From an uncultured Verrucomicrobiae bacterium (GTDB lineage Bacteria > Verrucomicrobiota > Verrucomicrobiia > Chthoniobacterales > UBA10450), in the NCBI GenBank assembly GCA_963772365.1, contig CAVYXA010000003.1:192001-256000 (forward strand): a DNA stretch of 64,000 nucleotides, written 5' to 3'. Below the pieces are notes generated by a model that did not search any database, had not been told where the DNA came from, and was given only the letters and a program-made list of their open reading frames with translations. Both the position numbers and the translations under genes were made by a program. Positions 10,164-19,284 of this stretch are shown piece by piece (positions within the stretch are counted from its first letter, which is position 1; every line of letters begins with the position of its first letter).

Positions 10164-11297
10164 ATGACAGAGAAGAAAAAGTTTCGTGTGTTCGCCACCT
10201 CGCGTATCGGCGGTCCGGCGGAGAACCGTTTGCGCGAGCGCGGATACGATCTTGAGGTTTACCAGGGACCTGACGCGCCGCCGAAGAAACTGATCATCGA
10301 CAAAGTAAAGGCTGGAATTGACGGATTGATCACCACGCTCCGCGATCCAATCGACTCGGAGGTGTTCGAAGCGGGCAAGGAGACATTGAAAGTGGTCGCA
10401 CAGATCGCTGTCGGGTTCGATAACATCAACCGCGCCGACGCGAACAAATACAAGATCCCGTTCACAAACACTGCTGACGTTCTCACCGAAGCGACCGCCG
10501 AGTTCGCGTTTTTCATGATGGGCATGCTGGCGAGAAAAATGTGGCTGAGTGAGCGCCTGGTGCGGGAGCAGAAATGGCCTTCATGGCATCCGTTCCTCCC
10601 ATTCCTTGGCGATGAAGTCACTGGCAAAACCATTGCCATCATCGGGACAGGCCGGATCGGTTTGGCCCTGATTAAAAAATGCTCGGGATTCGACATGAAC
10701 ATCCTTTGCTATGATCCGGCCTATCAAAATCACAATTTTGTGAAAGCGATTCAGGAGCTGATGGATCTGCGGCACGGACGCGGAATTCAGAAAGAAAAGA
10801 GCTGGATCAAGTATGTCGATCTTGAGGAAGCGCTGCGCGAAGCCGACTACGTGAGCATTCATGTGCCCCTCTTACGACCGGGCGAAACCGACAAACCCAC
10901 CTATCACCTGATTAACGAGAAAACGTTGAAGACGATGAAGCCGACTGCGTATCTCATCAATACGTCGCGCGGTCCCGTGGTGGACGAAAACGCGCTGGCC
11001 AAAGCTTTGAAAGAAAACACAATTGCCGGCGCTGCACTCGACGTTTTCGAGAAAGAACCGCTCCCGCCGGATTCGCCGTTGCTCGATTCCGAGATTGCGG
11101 ATCGTTGCCGCGTTTTTCATCACTTTGCCAGTGGGGCGAAGATTACCAGGCTCGATGTCGATCCTGACAAAGGCATGGCCGGGCGCTGCGTTCAGGGATT
11201 GATCGACGTGTTGGAGGGCAATTGCGGTGGCGATCAGACAAAGATGCCGTACGTCGTGAACAAGGAAGCATTTGAGAAAGTGAAGAGTGACAAGTGA
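10164..11297 (+). CDS. D-isomer-specific 2-hydroxyacid dehydrogenase (glyoxylate/glycerate reductase-like)
   Basis: AVGFDNI, GTGRIG Rossmann motif, INTSRGPVVDE, ALDVFEKEP. Confidence 0.92.
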   Translation: MTEKKKFRVFATSRIGGPAENRLRERGYDLEVYQGPDAPPKKLIIDKVKAGIDGLITTLRDPIDSEVFEAGKETLKVVAQIAVGFDNINRADANKYKIPFTNTADVLTEATAEFAFFMMGMLARKMWLSERLVREQKWPSWHPFLPFLGDEVTGKTIAIIGTGRIGLALIKKCSGFDMNILCYDPAYQNHNFVKAIQELMDLRHGRGIQKEKSWIKYVDLEEALREADYVSIHVPLLRPGETDKPTYHLINEKTLKTMKPTAYLINTSRGPVVDENALAKALKENTIAGAALDVFEKEPLPPDSPLLDSEIADRCRVFHHFASGAKITRLDVDPDKGMAGRCVQGLIDVLEGNCGGDQTKMPYVVNKEAFEKVKSDK

Positions 11298-11800
11298 CGA
11301 GCCAAGAGGTTCAGCCGCTGGTCACAACGTATCTCGAAATGCGATCGCCGGATGAGTTGCGGCCGAAGCGCGCGGATTCCCGATTCGAAGTTCGCGAACA
11401 AACGCAGCCCGATTGGCGGTTCAATCGCGATCTCTATTTGCGAGTCGGTGAACCGTGGCAGTGGATCGACAGACGATTGTGGACGGATGAACAATGGAAA
11501 AAATACGTGAGTCAGCCCCAACTGCGCACCTTTGCCGGATACTATGATGGCGCGCTCGCCGGCTATTACGAATTACAACCTGATAAAGGGGACGTTGAGA
11601 TTGCGTATTTCGGTTTGCTGCCGGAATTCATTGGCCGCGGTTTGGGAGGTGCGTTGCTGACCCGTGCCGTCGAAGAAGCATGGAGCGGTTTTCCTGAGCG
11701 CGTTTGGGTGCATACTTGTAATCGCGATCATCCCTGGGCGCTGGCGAATTATCAGGCGCGCGGCATGGCTGTTTACAAGGTCGAACAGGGCCGAGTTTAG
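11294..11800 (+). CDS. GNAT family N-acetyltransferase
   Basis: EIAYFGLLPEFIGRGLGGALL and VWVHTC...ALANYQARG; GTGA overlap with the upstream stop. Confidence 0.88.
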   Translation: MTSQEVQPLVTTYLEMRSPDELRPKRADSRFEVREQTQPDWRFNRDLYLRVGEPWQWIDRRLWTDEQWKKYVSQPQLRTFAGYYDGALAGYYELQPDKGDVEIAYFGLLPEFIGRGLGGALLTRAVEEAWSGFPERVWVHTCNRDHPWALANYQARGMAVYKVEQGRV

Positions 11801-11888
11801 CAGAGGAAAAGTGCCGCGCCGCCTGCAAGAACATCACACCGAACGATTTTTGAACGGCAGGATCGACAAGTATGTCTGAGTTGCCACT

Positions 11889-12203
11889 ATGACCAAACTC
11901 ATTGCAGTAGCAGTGGCGGGACTATTTGTGGCGGGAACGATGTTCGCGGGTGAACATGGCAATTGCACCACGAAAGCCGGAAACAAAATGGCAGCCTGTC
12001 AGGTCTCATTGGCCAGCCTCAATCTGACGCCGGATCAAAAGACCAAGATGGAAGCGGCAATGGCCGAACATCACAAAGCGGGATGCTCGGAGGCAAGTGA
12101 AGCGACGTACATGAAAGAAGCGAAGGGTATCCTGACGAAGGAGCAATTCGCGAAATTCAAGGCCGAGTGCAAAGGGAAGAAAGAAGGGAAGACGCAAACT
12201 TAA
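11889..12203 (+). CDS. Small secreted helical protein (Spy/CpxP-like LTPDQK motif, Cys-containing)
   Basis: Signal peptide; LNLTPDQK and ILTKEQFAKF motifs; followed by a terminator. Confidence 0.7.
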   Translation: MTKLIAVAVAGLFVAGTMFAGEHGNCTTKAGNKMAACQVSLASLNLTPDQKTKMEAAMAEHHKAGCSEASEATYMKEAKGILTKEQFAKFKAECKGKKEGKTQT

Positions 12204-12227
12204 ATCTCGCTTTCAGTCTAAAAGTGC

Positions 12228-12263
12228 AAATCGCGGGCGCCCCCCGGCGACCGCGATTTTTTT
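12228..12263 (+). terminator. Rho-independent terminator
   Basis: AAATCGCGG-g-CGCC-cccc-GGCG-a-CCGCGATTT stem followed by a T tract. Confidence 0.8.
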
Positions 12264-12294
12264 GCTCTTGCCTGCTCGTGCTAAGTTATTTTCC

Positions 12295-12720
12295 GTGAAC
12301 AGTCGAATCGAGAGCCGCGAATTATTGATCGATGACTACGAAGCCGTGATCGATTTATGGGGTCGAGTGGGAGGACTCGAGATTTGTGAAGGCGACGAGA
12401 GAGAGGGTATAGCGAAATTTCTGGCCCAGAATCCGGGTCTGAGCCGGGTGGCGACGGATCGAGAGAAAATCGTCGGCTCGGTGTTATGCGGGCATGATGG
12501 TCGGCGTGGGCACATTTATCATCTCGCTGTCGATCCTGCATACAAAGGCCGTGGCATAGGACAACGCCTCGTAGCCGAATGCATGAGCGGGTTGCGCCGC
12601 GCAGGTCTCCAGCGCGCAATTATCCTTGTCGCAGCAGATAACCCGCGCGGTCTAAAGTTTTGGAGACAGAACGGGTGGGAAGAGATCGACAGCGCAATCG
12701 CGATGGGAAAAGACGTTTAG
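12295..12720 (+). CDS. GNAT family N-acetyltransferase (YpeA-like)
   Basis: VLCGHDGRRGHIYHLAVDPAYKGRGIGQRL; GTG 12295 chosen as start. Confidence 0.87.
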   Translation: MNSRIESRELLIDDYEAVIDLWGRVGGLEICEGDEREGIAKFLAQNPGLSRVATDREKIVGSVLCGHDGRRGHIYHLAVDPAYKGRGIGQRLVAECMSGLRRAGLQRAIILVAADNPRGLKFWRQNGWEEIDSAIAMGKDV

Positions 12721-12777
12721 CGGCTTTGTTCGAATGACTTTGAGGATGGATAGGTCTAAGATTGTGGGAGGTTGCGT

Positions 12778-13584
12778 ATGAAAGCTCACAAAGTTTTTTT
12801 GCTCACGTTAACTAGCGGCGTTGTTTCGATGGTTTCAGTGCACGCCGGCGGCCATCATGGACACGGCGGCGGAAGTGGACCGGCATCTTCCGGTGCTCCC
12901 AGCGTCGCTGCGGCTCGTCCCTCATATGGAAGCTATCGTGGCGGTGGTTTCCGCTATAGCGGCCGGATGATTGGGTCCTCCCAACGCCTGGCCGCTATGC
13001 GATCCGGCGGCGCTGCGTTTTCACCGCATTCTGTTCGCTCCGGCGGAACCAATTCATTCAGCGGTCGCCAGTATTCGAATCGCAGTGGTGGCTCCATCCG
13101 GAGTGGAAGCCGCGGTTTAAGAAGTGGGAGCAACCACGTGTTCGCCCGGTATTCGGCAAATTGGCAGCGGAATTGGAACCGGCATCGCGATCACTGGTGG
13201 CACGGGCATCGGTGCCGATTCATCGATGGTTCGTGGGTGCTCTTCGATCTCGGTTTTTATCCGTCATGGTACGGCTATCCGTTCTACGCCTACTATCCTT
13301 ACTACTATGACGGGTATCCCTATTCTTACGATGGCGACATCTACGATAGCGCTCCGGTCGACTACGACGATCGGGGGGCATACGAATCTTCGGACGAAGG
13401 CGCAGGTTCACCGATCGCCGAGGCCCAACAGGAATTGGCAAGGCGAGGTTACTATCGTGGTGAAATTGATGGCATCGTCGGTCCGCAAACCAGGCGCGCC
13501 GTCATGCGATACCAAAGCAGACGTGGGTTGGCCCCTACTGGGCGATTGAATGGCGAAACGCTGGATTCGCTCGGGATTCGTTAA
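12778..13584 (+). CDS. Secreted low-complexity protein with C-terminal peptidoglycan-binding domain
   Basis: Signal peptide; G/S/R-rich then Tyr-rich regions; AQQELARRGYYRGEIDGIVGPQTRRAVMRYQ...GLAPTG (PG_binding_1-like). Confidence 0.85.
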   Translation: MKAHKVFLLTLTSGVVSMVSVHAGGHHGHGGGSGPASSGAPSVAAARPSYGSYRGGGFRYSGRMIGSSQRLAAMRSGGAAFSPHSVRSGGTNSFSGRQYSNRSGGSIRSGSRGLRSGSNHVFARYSANWQRNWNRHRDHWWHGHRCRFIDGSWVLFDLGFYPSWYGYPFYAYYPYYYDGYPYSYDGDIYDSAPVDYDDRGAYESSDEGAGSPIAEAQQELARRGYYRGEIDGIVGPQTRRAVMRYQSRRGLAPTGRLNGETLDSLGIR

Positions 13585-13624
13585 CCCGCTACTCGGCTGA
13601 CGTTTTGTCAGGATGCGGTGGACG

Positions 13625-14053
13625 TTAAGCTGCCGGTTTGCCGCCAAAGCTTTGCAGGAGTGATGGAATCAGGCTGGCCAGACTTTGTTGATGATTAGCG
13701 CTGCTGTCGATCTTACCGCCGGGAGTGAGTTGATCGACAAACTTCGGAAGATATTCGGCGAGAAAATGCGATGCCTGGCTCGGGTCGATTCCTAATTTGG
13801 CTCCGAGAGCGTTGACTTGTTCGGGCCCAACTACTTTATGGATGTCGCTACCAGAGATCGGTTGATTTTCTCCCGTGCCCACCCAGGAAGCGAAAGTATT
13901 TCCATGGCCGGGCGCTGAAAACTTTTGCATGAGGCCCTGCAGGCCACCGCTTTGTTCCAGAAGCCCGCCCACGATCCCGATGAGAGGATTGACCCCACTG
14001 GAAGCTTCCGTTTGTCTGTTTACTGCTCCGATAATTGAATCGAGAAGACCCAT
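13625..14053 (-). CDS. YidB (DUF937) family protein
   Basis: MGLLDSIIG, GGLQGL, SWVGTGENQPIS and LPKFVDQLTPGG motifs. Confidence 0.85.
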   Translation of the reverse strand: MGLLDSIIGAVNRQTEASSGVNPLIGIVGGLLEQSGGLQGLMQKFSAPGHGNTFASWVGTGENQPISGSDIHKVVGPEQVNALGAKLGIDPSQASHFLAEYLPKFVDQLTPGGKIDSSANHQQSLASLIPSLLQSFGGKPAA

Positions 14054-14377
14054 GATTTTCTCCTTTTATATTGTTCGATGTGCCGCGTAGAGCGCACTGC
14101 AAGTGATGCTGAGGCCGTACGGCCTCTGTTGTAAAGAAGGGAGAGCAAGAAAATCGCGGAGCGGCCGCGGCTTCGGATGTTCTCAGGAAAACAGTTTCGG
14201 CAGAACCATTGTTCATGTGAAATTAGGATGCAGCAGTTCAAAGGACGGATTCAAGATTCTGTCGTTTCGGTCAATGTGGTCGCCTCCTGAATTCTTGATC
14301 GACGTCGGCCTTGGATTAGCGTTGCTTTCCGGGATCGGTGGTCCCGGCTCCTGATAAATGTTTGAGAGATTCCAGCC

Positions 14378-15334
14378 GTGATCGCGCGAGTTGTTTGCCT
14401 AGCAATGTTGGTTTTCGCCACTGCAGTGCTGGGGGAAGGAGCCTATCAGCATACTCAGGACAATAAGACGATCGTCTGGAACGATAATCCGAAAGCCGGT
14501 GATTCCGCGACGTGGGATGGCGCTCGCGATGATGAGGGATATGCCGACGGATTCGGCACTCTGACGTGGTATTCGGGTGACAAGGTGTATGCCCGGTTTT
14601 ATGGGAACATGGTCCACGGCAAATTTGATGGGCCGGTCAACGCCCATTCGAATGATGAGACGGCGCACGCAATCTTTATTCACGGGAAACTCGCTACTTC
14701 CTGGCGAAGGGGACGGGCTCCGTCGCAACAAGCCATCGCCGAGAGAGTAGATAAAGTCCGAGCGCGAGTGACAAAAAAAGAAGCTGCGAAACCGGCGCCA
14801 GCGCATATCGAAGTTACAAAAGAGAAAGAAGCGACGCCTTCGAGCAGTCCTCCAACGGTGGCTAAAGCAAAATCGACAAAAGCTGCGACACCGCAGCCAG
14901 CAGTCGCGAACCACCCAGAAATGCCGGCTGATGGGCCACCCGCAGAGGCTCGGCCGAAACCTGCTTTGCCTCTGATGCAAGCTCCGCAACCCGCTATTGC
15001 CGCGCCTCGCAATGCCGGGGTCGACAAGTCGCTGGCGATATTGGCGCGGCCTCCCTCTTCACTGCGCTCCGATTCGATTAATGAAACGCCTGCCGAAAAC
15101 CCGTCTCGGCTTTCGAAGGAGAATGCTGTCGATCTTGCTGATGCGCAGGTCCAGTCAGCCGGATACGACCTCGCCAATTACGATCGTCCAAAAACCGAGT
15201 TCAACGCCTCGAATGGGAATTGGTCCGTCTCGTACGATCGAGAGTCAGCCGGAGCCGCTCCGAAGATTCCCGGACGGTTGACTGTGACTGTCGATGATAA
15301 GACCAAAAAAACCGTTGTCGTCCCGAGCAGATAA
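14378..15334 (+). CDS. Secreted hypothetical protein (MORN-like N-domain, Pro/Ala linker, PepSY-like C-end)
   Basis: Signal peptide; WDGARDDEGYADGFGTLTW...YGNMVHGKFDG; low-complexity linker. Confidence 0.7.
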   Translation: MIARVVCLAMLVFATAVLGEGAYQHTQDNKTIVWNDNPKAGDSATWDGARDDEGYADGFGTLTWYSGDKVYARFYGNMVHGKFDGPVNAHSNDETAHAIFIHGKLATSWRRGRAPSQQAIAERVDKVRARVTKKEAAKPAPAHIEVTKEKEATPSSSPPTVAKAKSTKAATPQPAVANHPEMPADGPPAEARPKPALPLMQAPQPAIAAPRNAGVDKSLAILARPPSSLRSDSINETPAENPSRLSKENAVDLADAQVQSAGYDLANYDRPKTEFNASNGNWSVSYDRESAGAAPKIPGRLTVTVDDKTKKTVVVPSR

Positions 15335-15444
15335 TGCAGGTCCCAGAATGACGACGCGTAGATTGAAATCTCACTGCTGATTTCGCCGAATTGTCCAGAT
15401 CGCCATTGGCATTTTCATCCCTTCGGCGTTAGAACTTAGGCGCC

Positions 15445-16440
15445 ATGGCAGCTCGACCGGCAATGCAGACCATTAGTTCGACAAGCGATCAGCAAAAGAG
15501 CGTGCCAATCGTGACGGTTGAAAGTTTTTTCAACTCGCATGCCGAAAAACTGCAAATGAAATTGGAAGGCCCGCGCGTCGGATTCCATCGGAAAATTCGC
15601 GAGCCTACGATTAATCGCCCCGGCCTGGCACTTTCCGGGTTCTACACCTATTTCGCCGAGAAGCGGATCCAGGTGCTTGGGGCGGCTGAATATTCGTATT
15701 TGAAAAGTCTATCTTGCAAGGTGCGGGTGCAACGTTTTCGCGAATTATGTGAGTGCAAGATTCCGTGCTTCGTAATTTCCCGCGGGTTTCATCTTTTCCC
15801 GGAACTACTCGAGGTCACGGGAAAAGCAGAGATTGCAGTTTTTCGCACGCCGATGATCACGATGAAGTTCATCAACGCGGCCACGATCTCCCTGGAGGTC
15901 GATTTTTCTCCCACTGTGACCGAGTTCGGAAGCATGGTCGATATCCTCGGAGTGGGCGTGTTGATCCGCGGAGCGAGCGGCGTGGGAAAAAGCGAATGCG
16001 TTCTCGGGTTGATCGAGCGCGGTTACAGTCTAGTCGCCGACGACGTGACGCGGATCACGAAACTGGAAGGTCGCGAGCTGATGGCGCGGGCTCCCGATTT
16101 GACGCGTAATCACATGGAAGTGCGCGGCATCGGCATTATTAATGTGTCCGACATTTTCGGTATTGGTAGCATTCGGATCGAGAAACGGCTCGATTTGGTG
16201 GTAACATTACAGGAGTGGCAGGATGTGGAATCGGTGGATCGGCTAGGACTTGACCGGGAATTTTACGAGGTTCTGGGTCTGCACGTGCCGCATGTAACGA
16301 TCCCGGTGAAACCGGGTCGCGACATTGCTCGATTAATCGAAGTGGCGGCGATGGACCAGAAGCTGAAGGACCTTGGTCAAAACAGCGCGGTCGAATTCAA
16401 CGAAAAACTCATCGGTCTCATGGAGCCGAGACCAAAATGA
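15445..16440 (+). CDS. hprK: HPr(Ser) kinase/phosphorylase
   Basis: INRPGLALSGF, Walker A GASGVGKSE, LVADD and MEVRGIGII motifs. Confidence 0.95.
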   Translation: MAARPAMQTISSTSDQQKSVPIVTVESFFNSHAEKLQMKLEGPRVGFHRKIREPTINRPGLALSGFYTYFAEKRIQVLGAAEYSYLKSLSCKVRVQRFRELCECKIPCFVISRGFHLFPELLEVTGKAEIAVFRTPMITMKFINAATISLEVDFSPTVTEFGSMVDILGVGVLIRGASGVGKSECVLGLIERGYSLVADDVTRITKLEGRELMARAPDLTRNHMEVRGIGIINVSDIFGIGSIRIEKRLDLVVTLQEWQDVESVDRLGLDREFYEVLGLHVPHVTIPVKPGRDIARLIEVAAMDQKLKDLGQNSAVEFNEKLIGLMEPRPK

Positions 16441-16515
16441 ACATACTCACGCTCATGATCGAGATTCGCTTTTTAAATATGAGCATCAGCACGAGCGGGA
16501 ATATGAGGAAGAGCT
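16437..16515. repeat. Imperfect palindrome built from hexamer units
   Basis: CATACTCACGCTCATGATC faces ATGAGCATCAGCACGAGCGGGAATATGAG; similar in style to 47341-47427. Confidence 0.5.
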
Positions 16516-16516
16516 A

Positions 16517-16825
16517 ATGGGGTTGTTGCGAAAATCCAAAGACGCCGAGAGCGTCCAAAAAGTTGAGAAAGAAATTCCGATCGTGAACCGGCTGGGACTG
16601 CACGCCCGTCCGGCGGCCATGTTTGTGCGCATAGCCAGCCGTTATCGATCGGAAATTTGGGTGGCCAAGGAGGGCGAAGAAGTAAACGGCAAAAGCATCA
16701 TGGGTCTGATGATGTTGGCTGCTGGGCAGGGATCAAACCTGCGCATCCGCTGTGAGGGCCCCGATGCCGATCAGGCACTGGAGGAATTGGAAGGGCTTAT
16801 CAAAGCGAAGTTTAACGAAGACTAG
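16517..16825 (+). CDS. ptsH: Phosphocarrier protein HPr
   Basis: GLHARPA (His15) and NGKSIMGLM (Ser46) motifs. Confidence 0.94.
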   Translation: MGLLRKSKDAESVQKVEKEIPIVNRLGLHARPAAMFVRIASRYRSEIWVAKEGEEVNGKSIMGLMMLAAGQGSNLRIRCEGPDADQALEELEGLIKAKFNED

Positions 16826-16893
16826 CTCTTCGCCCGAAGCGGGCGCTGTTTACGTGCTTTTCGCGCGTCGACATCTGCCTTAATCTGGCAGCG

Positions 16894-18663
16894 ATGAGCA
16901 GCGATCAAACCGGCGGGGAGACGCGTTACCATGGAATGGGCGTTTCTCCCGGGGTTGCCCGTGGCAAAATCCACGTCGTTCGGGACGATCTCGATGATGT
17001 TGTGCGCTACAAAATTGCGCCATCGCAAATCGGCGATGAAATCGCTCGCTTTGAAGCTGCTCTAATCCAAACACGAAGCCAAATTCTGGAACTCCAACAG
17101 CGGATCGCAGAGTCGATCGGTGCAAAGGACGCGGCCATCTTCGACGCCCATTTGCTGGTCGTGGAAGACCGCACCTTGATCGATGAAGTATTACGCAGAC
17201 TCGAGACGGATCTTTGCAATGTGGAATGGATCTTTCAAGACGTCGCTAGCAATTATGCAGAGACCCTCAGTAAGATCGACGATCCTTACCTGCGCGAGCG
17301 CGCCCTCGATGTTCAGGATGTGACCAAGCGGGTAATTGCCAATCTGCAGGGCAAGACACCTAAAAGATCTTCCGGTATGGCGGAGAAGCATATTCTGGTG
17401 GCCCATAATTTGACGCCGTCAGATACGGCCTCCATAGACCGGCAGCTTGTTTTGGGTATCGCGACGGATCTCGGCAGCCGCACGTCACACACGGCGATCA
17501 TCGCTCGCTCGCTCAATATTCCTGCTGTTGTCGGCTTGCACGATGTCACGGCCAAACTCGAAACCGGCCAAGCGGTATTGGTCGATGGCACAAATGGCGT
17601 GCTGATTGTCGATCCTACGCCTGAAACGCTGGCCTATTATGGCGAAGTCGAGTCGCGACGAGTCGAAGTGGTCGCGCGATTGCGGGAGTTGCGCGAAACC
17701 AAATCGACCACGCGCGATGGCCAGCACATCGTCCTTTCTGCAAATATCGAGCTCCCGGGTGATGTAGATTCCGTTGCTGCAAATGGCGCCGAAGGAATTG
17801 GCCTCTATCGCACCGAATTTCTCTATTTGAATCGGAGCACGTTGCCAACCGAAGACGAACAATATGAAATTTATCGAAAAATGGCCGAACGCGTTCGGCC
17901 CGATCCGTTAATCATTCGCACTTTCGATTTGGGGGGCGACAAACTCGCTCCCGGGACAGTGGACATCAGCGACGAGCAGAATCCGTTTCTCGGTTGGCGC
18001 GCCATTCGGTTTTGTCTCGAGAACATCGATATTTTCAAGACGCAGTTGCGCGCCATTCTTCGGGCGAGCGTAGCAGGTAATATCAAGATCATGTTTCCGA
18101 TGATTTCCGGAATCATCGAACTGCGGCGCGCCATGTCGATCCTAAGCGAATGCAAGGAAGCATTGCGGGAGGAGAAGTTCGACATCGGCGAGAAAACGGA
18201 AGTCGGCGCAATGATCGAAATTCCCAGTGCGGCGATCTCAGCCGAGGCGCTGGCGAGCGAGGCCGATTTCTTCAGTATCGGAACCAACGATTTGATTCAG
18301 TATGCGCTGGCGGTCGATCGGTTGAACGAACGCATCGCACATTTGTATGAGCCGACGCATCCGGCGGTGCTCCGTCTGTTGAAGATGGTGGCCGACGCCG
18401 CCCATGCTCATCATATCTGGGTGGGAGTGTGTGGAGAAATGGCGGGAGACGTTGCTGTGATTCCGTTGTTGCTTGGGCTCGGCATGGATGAACTCAGCGT
18501 CGGCGCCATGCTCGTGCCGCGGGTGAAACGGGCGGTCCAAAACCTTGATATGCCTGTGTGCCGACAACTGGTCGAGGACTCTCTGAAACTACAGACGCCC
18601 ATGGAGATTTTGCAGCGGTGTTTGGAGGTCGCGAACGAGCGTTACGGAGATCTCCTCGGGTGA
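16894..18663 (+). CDS. ptsI: PEP-protein phosphotransferase (PTS enzyme I)
   Basis: GSRTSHTAI, GIGLYRTEF, NPFLGWRAIR, SIGTNDLIQY and VCGEMAG motifs. Confidence 0.95.
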   Translation: MSSDQTGGETRYHGMGVSPGVARGKIHVVRDDLDDVVRYKIAPSQIGDEIARFEAALIQTRSQILELQQRIAESIGAKDAAIFDAHLLVVEDRTLIDEVLRRLETDLCNVEWIFQDVASNYAETLSKIDDPYLRERALDVQDVTKRVIANLQGKTPKRSSGMAEKHILVAHNLTPSDTASIDRQLVLGIATDLGSRTSHTAIIARSLNIPAVVGLHDVTAKLETGQAVLVDGTNGVLIVDPTPETLAYYGEVESRRVEVVARLRELRETKSTTRDGQHIVLSANIELPGDVDSVAANGAEGIGLYRTEFLYLNRSTLPTEDEQYEIYRKMAERVRPDPLIIRTFDLGGDKLAPGTVDISDEQNPFLGWRAIRFCLENIDIFKTQLRAILRASVAGNIKIMFPMISGIIELRRAMSILSECKEALREEKFDIGEKTEVGAMIEIPSAAISAEALASEADFFSIGTNDLIQYALAVDRLNERIAHLYEPTHPAVLRLLKMVADAAHAHHIWVGVCGEMAGDVAVIPLLLGLGMDELSVGAMLVPRVKRAVQNLDMPVCRQLVEDSLKLQTPMEILQRCLEVANERYGDLLG

Positions 18664-19134
18664 CTACTCCTCCGCTTCCGGATCGGGCTTGAGCCCTTCG
18701 TCTTCCATCTTGCGAAGCACATCACTCATGTCATCGACTTCGTCCCAGACATCCTGGCTGACGTAGATGGGAGCTTTCTGCTGAATGGCCATGGCGATGC
18801 AATCGCTCGGACGTCCATCCAGCTCGACAATCTTTTTCTGCTGCAATTCGTTCTCCGCACGGATGATCATCCGCGCGTAGTAGGTGGCGTTTTTCAGATC
18901 ATTAATAATGATGCGTTCGACTCTCGCGCCGAGCGCAGTCATCAAATGCGCCACCAAATCATGCGTCAACGGCCGCTCCTTCGAAATCTCGCGCATGAAC
19001 ATCGTGATCGCGCTTCCCACTGTCTGATCGACATAAATGATGAACACTTTGTCATTGTTCCCCAAAAAGACCGCGCACCCTCCGCTCGTGGGCAAAACCG
19101 CGCGCACCTGGACCTCGATCACCGTTTTGTTCAC
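18664..19134 (-). CDS. Bifunctional nuclease family protein (DUF151)
   Basis: ERPLTHDL, YYARM and LDGRPSDCIAMA motifs. Confidence 0.9.
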   Translation of the reverse strand: MNKTVIEVQVRAVLPTSGGCAVFLGNNDKVFIIYVDQTVGSAITMFMREISKERPLTHDLVAHLMTALGARVERIIINDLKNATYYARMIIRAENELQQKKIVELDGRPSDCIAMAIQQKAPIYVSQDVWDEVDDMSDVLRKMEDEGLKPDPEAEE

Positions 19135-19284
19135 AGACGAAAGTTATCCGCAGAGGAGCGAAAAACAAGGGAGCCAACTCCCGAGGAGTTGTGCTGCAAA
19201 AAATTTCTCTCGCGCAGACTTGAATGTTGGACAGGCTGAATGATTATCCGTTCTGCCCCGAAAAGCCTTCGGTTATCAAGCGAA

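Noticed and set aside
16373..16516. His/Glu-rich N-terminal extension of HPr
   Set aside because: It is the translation of an intergenic palindrome overlapping hprK; ATG 16517 gives a near-normal HPr length.
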